Shown piece after piece: positions 1 to 8,494 of a DNA stretch of 64,000 bases. Each line of letters begins with the position of its first letter. Positions within the stretch are counted from its first letter, which is position 1. A program made the translations under genes and the position numbers. The notes below the pieces were generated by a model. The model searched no databases. It saw nothing but the letters and a program-made list of their open reading frames with translations, and was not told where the DNA came from. This stretch comes from Neoechinorhynchus agilis (lineage: Eukaryota > Animalia > Acanthocephala). The DNA is taken from positions 13,742,784-13,806,783 of the forward strand of contig CM121341.1 in NCBI GenBank assembly GCA_051530055.1, given 5' to 3'.

Positions 1-45
1 CTCCACGAAAACCATAGAAAACTTGGTCATCCAGGTGTTACAAGA

Positions 46-300
46 ATGCAGCATTATACGAGGCAGAATAATATTGCCTTCTCTTTACAGGAAATCCGTG
101 AAGTTATCGCCGCTTGCCCTGTTTGCTGTCGTATTAAACCGAGGTTTTTCAAGCAACAAGGTCTACAACTCGTCAAGACCACAAGACCTTTTGAACGTCT
201 ATCAATAGACTTCAAAGGACCGCTTCCTCGTACGAACAATGAGTACCAATTTCTAATAGTCGCCATCGATGAATATTCCAGGTTCCCGTTGGCTCAATAA
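46..300 (+). mobile_element. Gypsy/Ty3-type LTR retrotransposon integrase fragment
   Basis: CPVC zinc-binding pair followed by RPFERLSIDFKGPLP...AIDEYSRFP, the start of an rve core; stops after the second strand, so truncated. Confidence 0.85.
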
Positions 301-459
301 ATTGTTATAATATATGCCTGAACTAGACCTGAACTAAGTTTTATTGAGCCAACGAAACGAAATAACAAAACGGACGTGCGCACATTTGATTCCGCCACTA
401 TCGATCGGTCAATTGTGACGCTCAATATCACAATCACCCCCCTACAATATTGTTTCTTC

Positions 460-1560
460 CGAACTAGGAGGATTCGGGTTACGAGAGACCAACCTTCGGA
501 CTACCTGCCATTCCTCAATCTCCGCTTCAAATCCGACGATGTATACAACTTCAATTGGTATCGAAAGCCATGCAGGAAGTCGATTGTGATGCACCGAGAT
601 TCTCACCATCCTTGGGCGATGAAAGCGGCGATATACGCTGGTGTGCATAAATCGGCAACCACCTGCTCATCGTCGTTGGAAGCGAAGCGTGGAGCGGTGG
701 AAGCAGTAAACAAGATCTTCGCGGACAACGGATATTCGACAGAGATCGAAGGGTTCGTGCGAGAAGTGGAAAATAGAATTAGACGGGCGTTGGACCCATG
801 AGTGAACGAAAGGACGATAGGCCGATCCTACGAATTCCGTACGTGAGTGAAATGTTCACGAAGAGAGTCAAAGTACTGCTGAGGCAAGCGATATTGAATG
901 TGCGTATTGTGCACAGAGGGTGTAGAACGCTGCGGAAGATGCTGACGAGAACGAGGCATCATGAGAATCATCAAGAATGCCCTCGGTCGTACCTAATGTG
1001 CAGATACGCAGCAGGTGCGAGGATGGACGAGGAGCGTCAGCAAGCAGTTGATCGTGACTGGAAGATGTGCGATCAGAGCAGTGTGGTTTACGAAATCCGG
1101 TGTGAACGGTGTCGGATTGACCGTGGCCACTTGGTCACGTACGTGGGCAAAACAGAAAGGCCACTTCGCCAAAGAGTAACCGAGCATGTACGAAACTCGT
1201 TGAACCTAAGTGCGCAATCGTATGTGACGACACCGTGGGCGAAACATTATTCGCGAGTCCACCCGGATCGAACAGTTCGGCTGTCCACGCGCATAATGTA
1301 CAAAGCGCAGGATCCCGACGAACTGTCGATGGCGGAAGCGCCGATCATCTCCCGAGAGACCCGGGATCGTGAGGACTCTAGCGGGCATCGGTCGGTCGGT
1401 AGAACACTCATTAACCAGAAGGATGAGTTGTCTGCCGTACTGAATCTCCTGTGAACCTCCACTCCACTCCACTCGCATTGCAGATTACACCCTGAAGAAG
1501 CCGTTGGACGGCGAAAGCTTGGTGTTTGAATAAAATCTATCTTTCAGTCGGATTGTCTAT
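460..1560 (+). mobile_element. 5'-truncated Penelope-like retroelement (RT C-terminus + GIY-YIG endonuclease + 3' pLTR)
   Basis: DYLPFLNL...WYRKP...SHHP RT thumb; VVYEIRCERC...YVGKTERPLRQRVTEH GIY-YIG; frame break near 800; AATAAA at 1529. Confidence 0.9.
1487..1525 (+). ncRNA. Minimal hammerhead ribozyme motif in the Penelope pLTR
   Basis: ACACC-CUGAAGA-A-GCCGU-UGG-ACGGC-GAAA-GC-UU-GGUGU: 5-bp stem I, intact core, 5-bp stem II, palindromic AGCU stem III. Confidence 0.8.
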
Positions 1561-1621
1561 CAAACAATCATCACTAGATAAAACATGCGGCTGAACAACC
1601 AAGCAGCGCTTAGTAATTTTA

Positions 1622-1817
1622 TCCAAAAAAAGTCATTTTTGTAATTACACACGAAAAAGTGCTGCCTTATTCAAGAAAAACTTTCCTTTTGAATTATTAA
1701 CCAATAACACGATGCATCTAAAGTCCATTAAGCCCTTTATACCATTTAGAGAACCGACAATCCAATTTATTTAATTAAAATTATCAAGAAGCAGAAAGTT
1801 TTAAAATGTTTATCACC
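1622..1817 (+). repeat. 196-bp dispersed direct repeat, copy 1
   Basis: About 93% identical by eye to 4644..4839. Confidence 0.9.
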
Positions 1818-2462
1818 GCCTCCTTCGAAATGGCAAACAGTAACCTATCTGCAATTTACAAGCTTACTTTTTTTATCCAGGCAGCGAACAACGAGGGTTT
1901 CAAAGCTAAAATAAACGACTTAACAGCATTAAACTTTAAAACGGATGAAAATCTGCGAGTAAAAAACTATTTAAAGATTAACGATCAAATTTGTATCCAT
2001 GGCAACCAAAGTTCGCTTACAAATGCGATCCTTTGGATGAGCGTAAAAATGAAAGACCGGCAAGAAAACAACAAGTCAGTCGTGTTTTCAGGAATAGATT
2101 CGGACGTTGACGTGTCGTTAAGACAGTCCGAATTTAACAAAAGCCCAGATATAAACTTGAAACTTGGTGCAATACTGGGAGCCGTTGAGGGCAGAGTTCG
2201 GTCGGTTGAAATTACCATAGCAAGCGACGAGACAAAGGTCAGTATGAAAATGTTTGAAAATGCTTCGACGGAAAGGATTAAAACATTGGAGATCAACGTT
2301 GGTCACCTCAGTCGAGAGATCAGTGATTTGCAAATGGGCGACAGTTGTAGAAGCTATAGTTCCATTTCTCAAGATCGGAATTATTGTTCAAGTTTTAAAA
2401 GACCTCTAAGACGTACGATGAGCTCATGTGAGCGACACTCTTCATGTGGACAATCTGAGTGA
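1806..2462 (+). CDS. Hypothetical protein, possibly a decayed LINE ORF1/gag-like coiled-coil protein
   Basis: 218-aa ORF; KSVVFSGI and a heptad-like segment loosely resemble ORF1 RRM/coiled-coil proteins; broken reading frames continue to about 2640. Confidence 0.3.
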   Translation: MFITASFEMANSNLSAIYKLTFFIQAANNEGFKAKINDLTALNFKTDENLRVKNYLKINDQICIHGNQSSLTNAILWMSVKMKDRQENNKSVVFSGIDSDVDVSLRQSEFNKSPDINLKLGAILGAVEGRVRSVEITIASDETKVSMKMFENASTERIKTLEINVGHLSREISDLQMGDSCRSYSSISQDRNYCSSFKRPLRRTMSSCERHSSCGQSE

Positions 2463-3172
2463 AGTTAATTAAAAGGGGTATTTTTCGACGATTTCTGTGA
2501 GCCCGAGATGAATGAGCTAGCCAAAGTAACAAACACTCATCTTAATAGATGATAAAAGCTGCTAAGATCACCGGGAAAATTCGCAAATGTCTCGGGCAAA
2601 ATAATCAAACTCGTTCATAAAATAGCTGAACTCGACAATTAAAACGATAATAATAATAATCGATTTTGAGCCTAATTATGGATTTCAGTGTATTTTGCTG
2701 GCTTTTACTCGCCGCAAATAAACTTACAAAAGGAATAGTTACAATCTTCAAACGTACATAGAAATCATATTTGTGTAATTATTTCTCAAAGAAACTATGA
2801 AGTACTATTTCTTAAATGCTGTCTAGTCGTTTCTCAGAAATAGCTAAATTCGAAAATTAGCATTTAGAGGCAAAAGCAGGAGATCAGAGACTTTGGTTTC
2901 CAGAATTTAAAAATAATTCATCCTTCCAATGTTAAAATCGCGTGAAGACAGTCGCGCGCACCTCAAATATTCATAATGCTAATCTGTAGGATTATGTTCT
3001 TCTCTACTGCTGAAAACACATACATTTAGATCAAAGGCTAATTTTGGCAAATAATATTTAAAACTTCGATTCTCATAATTCTTCGCAGCTTCACTTTTAA
3101 AGATAAATGAGTTTCACTTGCTCCTTCTAGAATGAATAATTCTTTATACTACACAGCAAACTTTGAGTCGCA

Positions 3173-3964
3173 ATGATGGCGCAGACGAAGAGACAGCCGT
3201 CGTTTGCAAATTTCCTATTTGACGAGAGTCAGCGAAGGGCTCGCATTCGCCAACACCTTCTGTCGATCAATATCATTGCTGGGATTATATTCGGTTTAAC
3301 ATGTCTCAGTGCAGGCGTTATGGAACAACAAGCAGATGTACGAGCTGGCAATATCGGAAATGTTTATATCCTAGCGAATTTCCTCAGTTCACTGGCATCG
3401 ATTGCGGTCGGTTGGCAGTCGAGAGCAAGCAGTCCAGCAATGTTCCTGCTCAGAGATCGTCTTGCTTCCTGCATTCTGGGAATCATCTTTATAAGTTTTT
3501 TTGTTTTAACCATCAGTCTTAATTTCAGGGAAATGCTGGCAGCAACATGGAGAGAAGGTGTTAAAGTTGAAGCTAAAGTGATCATACCTAACACAATGCT
3601 CTTTATACTGCTTCTTCATCTTCCACTTGGAGCTATCGGTCTTTTTCTCAAAATCACATTGTTCTTCTTCAACACAGCTTCAGTTTCCGATTCATATGTT
3701 GCTCAAGTCGTATTTGATTCTACAATCGTTTTGATGGCTCTAGCCGGGGCCATGTCTCGATCACTAAAAGGAATCGCAAAAATCAAAATGACCTTAGTGG
3801 ATGAGTTCCTTCAGGTTTTGTTGGCTATCGGACTACTTATCTACGGTTCTAGATTGGTACGAATCATCCATTGGATAGATCCCGCTTTTTCGATGAACGT
3901 ACGGAACATATATTGGTGGTATCTTCACTTAATGAGATATACGTTCGATATGGGAAGCTTTTGA
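3173..3964 (+). CDS. TMEM163: TMEM163-like cation diffusion facilitator-type membrane protein
   Basis: About 6 hydrophobic helices; LASIAVGW, RDRLASCILGIIF and VDEFLQVLLAIGLLIYGSRLV parallel TMEM163 LSSAIVLW, HREYIACVILGVIF and LDGSIGVLIGLTIFAYGVKLL. Confidence 0.65.
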   Translation: MMAQTKRQPSFANFLFDESQRRARIRQHLLSINIIAGIIFGLTCLSAGVMEQQADVRAGNIGNVYILANFLSSLASIAVGWQSRASSPAMFLLRDRLASCILGIIFISFFVLTISLNFREMLAATWREGVKVEAKVIIPNTMLFILLLHLPLGAIGLFLKITLFFFNTASVSDSYVAQVVFDSTIVLMALAGAMSRSLKGIAKIKMTLVDEFLQVLLAIGLLIYGSRLVRIIHWIDPAFSMNVRNIYWWYLHLMRYTFDMGSF

Positions 3965-4332
3965 GTGAAAAAAGATTAGGAGATAATCTTCTTAAAAGTC
4001 GACTTACTCCTTTTGATAGTGACGATGAATACGATGGAGAATTCGAACAAATTTATAGCCGACAAAAGGAAGAAAACATGAAAAAGGCGTGCTATAGACG
4101 ACGATCTTCTTCGAGTCTGTGATCAAATCATTTTTAGTTTGTACAGCATCATTAGAAACTATTGATAAAAATAATTCGACTTTCTAGAAAGCGTCAGAAG
4201 TTGAATTTTGTTTCGATCTCTCGTAAGGAAGCCTATTGATCGCTCGGCAAAGAATAAGATAAAAGTGAATTTCAGTGATAGAATACTCACTTAAAGAACA
4301 TTCCGTATCTATCTATGTTTGGTCTTTTTAAC

Positions 4333-4432
4333 GGCCGATAATTTTTCCCTTGGGCACACAGCTCACCGATCTGGTTCAGGGAAGCGCATAGCAGATCAGT
4401 GGGCTGTGTGCCCAAGGGAAAAATTATCAGCC
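4333..4432. repeat. Foldback/MITE-like hairpin (family A)
   Basis: 41-bp arms ggccgataatttttcccttgggcacacagctcaccgatctg / cagatcagtgggctgtgtgcccaagggaaaaattatcagcc with an 18-nt spacer. Confidence 0.85.
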
Positions 4433-4643
4433 ATGTAGCAACACAGAGATACCGAAAAGTTACCGACTAGCAAGGCTTCAAAAATAAAGAACATTCATAA
4501 GGATAAATCAAAGTGCCTGAGATGAATAAAAGATCAAGGATAAAACGTGTATTAATTGTATTTTCGTGCAAACGTTAACAAGATTATAACTCGTTTTTAC
4601 TCTTATGAGGCACAATGAAGTCGTGTTAAAAGGTGAAATAAGT

Positions 4644-4839
4644 TCCAAAAAAAGTCATTTTTGTCATTACACACGAAAACGTGCTGTTTTATTCAAGAAA
4701 AACTTTCCTTTTTAATTATTAACCAATAGCACAATGCATCTAAAGTCCATTAAGCCCTTTATACCATTTAGAGAACTGATAATCCAATTTATTTAATTAA
4801 AATTATCAAGAAGCAGAAAGTTTTAAAATGTTGATCACC
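4644..4839 (+). repeat. 196-bp dispersed direct repeat, copy 2
   Basis: Matches 1622..1817. Confidence 0.9.
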
Positions 4840-4992
4840 ACCAAATAGGATTTTTAAATGAGCGAAATGCTAAGCCTTGGGATAAAGAAGTGTTGCTCTT
4901 GACATTTGCGAAAAAATAGTTGTACGGTATAACCAACACAATCGTGAAACTTTCAAAAGTTCTTCATTAAGAAGTTTCGAATCAAGTTAAAG

Positions 4993-5436
4993 TTAGTTAA
5001 ATAACTTATATTGGGTGCAGAACAGAGGATGTTCATGCCGACCAGAATGACAGGCCTGGCAAGCGACATAATCATTGCACGAATTGCATCTAAATCCAAC
5101 CATATTGATCATTTGTCCACACTCTCGACACGAAGGGAAATTGTTGACCGGAATTGTGACTGTCTCTGTCATGCATGAAAGAGGATCAGTAAAAGTATAG
5201 TCAGTGAATGTTGGAGGCGGCATTGGAGGAATCATTGGTGGTACTAAAAAGATTTGACGATTTTGATGGGAGAAGAAATGTTACTTGGAGGTTCAAACAT
5301 GCAAGGACCAAATGGAGGAATTTCGAATCCAGGAGATATAAAACCTGAAAATCATTGTTCATTTCATCACACAACACCTATTACCTGGCAACATTCCAAT
5401 TGGTGGACAGCAACAGTCAGTCCGGTAACAAACCAT
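4993..5436 (-). CDS. Pro-rich ZZ-type zinc finger protein (3 exons) or 3' exons of the upstream PB1 gene
   Basis: CRECGQMINMVGFRCNSCNDYVACQACHSGRHEH ZZ motif; GT-AG introns 5345..5384 (40 nt) and 5244..5284 (41 nt) give a 120-aa frame from ATG 5436. Confidence 0.7.
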
Positions 5437-5482
5437 ATTTCAGATATTTGAATAATCATTTAGAGAAGACCCAATGCAATTT

Positions 5483-7138
5483 TCAAATCTCTGACTGACA
5501 TTCACTATTAATTCTGCTCTGCGATGGACTTGTAAAACCTGCCTGGTACCCTAAATTATTTTTAGTTTCGCCAATGTTCAATTAGGAAAATATACCATTG
5601 GGTGACGTTTGACAAACTGTCGTAGCACAATTCCCGGAGAAACCTCCAGTAGTCGAAGAAAATTCATATTTTTTTTCGCTGGAGGATTGGTGTCCATATC
5701 CTGTAGACTGCGATGAAGGAGGGACAAATGCAGTCGATCCGCTTGATGGAGGAACATATCCAGATGAAAAAGGTGGCACCGTCAACGGAGGTTCATGTCC
5801 TCCCGATCCTAAATTAGATGATAAAGGAGGTGGAGCGATTCCACTTGGTCCTGAAGATGGTGGCGGTCTATAGCTTCCTGTTCCCGGTGCAGGTGGAGTG
5901 AATCCACTTAGTCCTGAAGATAGTGGTGGTCTATAGTTTCCTGTCCCCGGTGGAGGTGGAGCAAATCCGCCTGGTCCTGAAGATGGTGACGGTCTATAGC
6001 TTCCTGTTCCCGGTGGAGGTGGAGTGAATCCGCTTGGTCCTGAAGATAGTGGTGGTCTATAGCTTCCTGTCCCCGGTGGAGTAGGAGCGAATCCGCTCGG
6101 TCCTGAAGATGGTGACGGTCTATAGCTTCCTGTCCCCGGTGGAGGTGGAGCAAATCCGCTTGGTCCTGAAGATGGTGGCGGTCTATAACTTCCTGCCCCC
6201 GGTGGAGGTGGAGCGAATCCGCTCGGTCCTGAAGATGGTGGCGGTCTATAACTTCCTGCGCCTGGTGGAGGTGGAGTGAATCCGCTTGGTCCTGAAGATG
6301 GTGCTGGTCTATAACTTCCTGCCTCCGGTGGAGGTGGAGCGAATCCGCTCGGTCCTGAAGATGGTGGCGGTCTATAACTTCCTGCCTCCGGTGGAGGTGG
6401 AGCGAATCTGCTCGGTCCTGAAGATGGTGGCGGTCTATAACTTCCTACCCCCGGTGGAGGTGGAGCAAATCCGTTCGGTCCTGAAGATGGTGGTGGTCTA
6501 TAACTTCCTGTCCCCGGTGGAGGTGGAGCGAATCCGCTCGGTCCTGAAGATGGTGGCGGTCTATAACTTCCTGCCCCCGGTGGAGGTGGAGGAAATCCAC
6601 TAGGTCCCGAAGATGGCTGCGGTCTATAACTTCCTGTCCCTGGTGGAGGTGGAGGGAATCCGCTTGGTCCTGACGTTGGCGGTCCGTATCCTCCTATGAT
6701 GGGTGCTTGAGGCAATGGAATAGTAGACGAGGATGTACCGCTTGGGGGACGAGATGGAGGTATTACAAAAGACCTCGCTTTTGAATTGTTTTCTGTAGAT
6801 TCCTCATTAGTGTCAGGTCGACCAGAGCAAATCGGAAATTCTTTTCCGATTTCAATTTCAAATTTCCCTTCGGAATACATTTCAGACGACTTTCTGCATG
6901 GTTCGATAAAAATTTGAAGTTTTTTGGGCGCCATATGCTTCATGGCATTGACAAGCTCGAAATTCGACCCGATCATAACTCGCTCATTGCCGCATAACCA
7001 ATACAAATCCTGACTTTGTCGAGAGTTGGAGAGACTCGTAGCTTCTAAGAGCACAGTAATAAACCCACTGTCCATATCGCGTATTTTCACATCCCGGTAC
7101 GATCCATTTTGTGCCACAGTTACTCTTACTACCTTCAT
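5483..7138 (-). CDS. PB1-like domain protein with a 13x21-aa Pro/Gly/Ser repeat
   Basis: N-terminal VRVTV...LYWLCGNERVMIGSNFELVNAM...LQIFIE resembles PB1; long ORF 5582..7138; a possible 45-nt intron 5551..5595 extends it to a stop at 5483. Confidence 0.7.
5826..6680 (-). repeat. Coding minisatellite, 63-bp unit, 13 full copies
   Basis: ggtcctgaaga motif recurs every 63 nt from 5847 to 6666; encodes GSYRPPPSSGPSGFAPPPPG(T/A). Confidence 0.95.
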
Positions 7139-7333
7139 CGTGATTTTCAAAGAACAAGTAAAAGTTAGGGTATTCGCATAAAAATTGGGGAACCACACAC
7201 AGCATCTCATATAAACACCCCATTGCACATCTCGTTGACTCATATTCATCGTATTCAAATGAGTAAGATAAAGGGTGTGAATTTGGGGTTTTGAGACTTT
7301 TTAACATCTCGCACCAAAATACAAGCTCAAAAG

Positions 7334-7906
7334 ATGCAAAGAAACAACCGCTACGCAATCGACTCAAACGTGCCACAAGGACCATACAAGCCAACGCCAC
7401 CGCCGATGTATCCTCCTCCACCATCAGTAGTAGGGTATTCAAATCAACTGCGACCGGCACAGATAAATCCATGGGATACAATTACAACCGAGCCAAGGAC
7501 AAGTCATTTCCAGTTGTTCAACGTTCCCGACGATTCCAACGCATCAGAAGTATTCGATCCATCAACAACTAACGAAACCATTGACAGAGCTTATAATACG
7601 TGGTCGTACGAATGCAACGGATGTAAGACAATGATCAAAGGAATAAGGTACAATTGCTTGGTATGCGTGGATTTCGATCTTTGTGGGAACTGCAACTCCG
7701 CTGGAGTACACTCGCACCACAATATGGTCAAGATAGTCAACCCTAATGAAACAAGACCTTTCGTTTTCCCGTGGACAAAAGTGGCGGCAAGGATGGATAA
7801 GTCCAACAATAATGATTACCCGTCTAAACGTCATTCGAAACGGGCGAGTGTCAAAAGAGACACCATATTCGATCAGTGCTATGATGGAAGCTGCAATGAC
7901 TATTGA
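7334..7906 (+). CDS. Pro-rich ZZ-type zinc finger protein (p62/ref(2)P-like ZZ)
   Basis: CNGCKTMIKGIRYNCLVCVDFDLCGNCNSAGVHSHHNMVKI canonical ZZ; divergent from the PB1 gene. Confidence 0.85.
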   Translation: MQRNNRYAIDSNVPQGPYKPTPPPMYPPPPSVVGYSNQLRPAQINPWDTITTEPRTSHFQLFNVPDDSNASEVFDPSTTNETIDRAYNTWSYECNGCKTMIKGIRYNCLVCVDFDLCGNCNSAGVHSHHNMVKIVNPNETRPFVFPWTKVAARMDKSNNNDYPSKRHSKRASVKRDTIFDQCYDGSCNDY

Positions 7907-8494
7907 GAAAAGAGAAATATTTTCCTGTAATAGCATTTATGACACTTTTACAAACCTGTAAAAGGTTTGCATTTTATTTGTTTTTAAATGTCTAAAGTGT
8001 CATTGTGAAGTTAAACATTGTTAAAAACTGTTTGCTTTTAATATTGTGAAATACTGCTTGATTTTACAGCCACATGATTCATTAAGTTTTGTTTTCGAAA
8101 ATGGACACCTGGGAGAGTACTGTTGTGAGGATAAAGAAAAATCTTTATTCTCATACTTTCACCGCCTTGTGGCTTCCTTAGGATTTGTTTAAGTGCTGTA
8201 GAATAAAACATTTTACCACTTCCCGAGTAAGCCGGCAAAATTGTTTCTTTTTATTTATCCTCGCCATTTCGCCCAAGTGTCCATTTAAAAAAACTGACCA
8301 ATTGCCCAAAAGATCAATGAAATCCTTTGCATTAATCGAAGCATGTCGTAATTAACGTAGGATCCGATCAAATAATACAGATTGATAAGAAAGATTGCTT
8401 GGGTGCAAAAAACGATCAATGTTTACAAATTGAAAATTATTCAGGAACATTATTGCAAAATGGCCGTTCGTTTTTAAAGGATTTTCCATCAGTT

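Noticed and set aside
5908-6603. Repetitive alternative-frame ORFs (5908..6153 minus, 6286..6603 plus)
   Set aside because: Shadow frames of the 63-bp coding repeat
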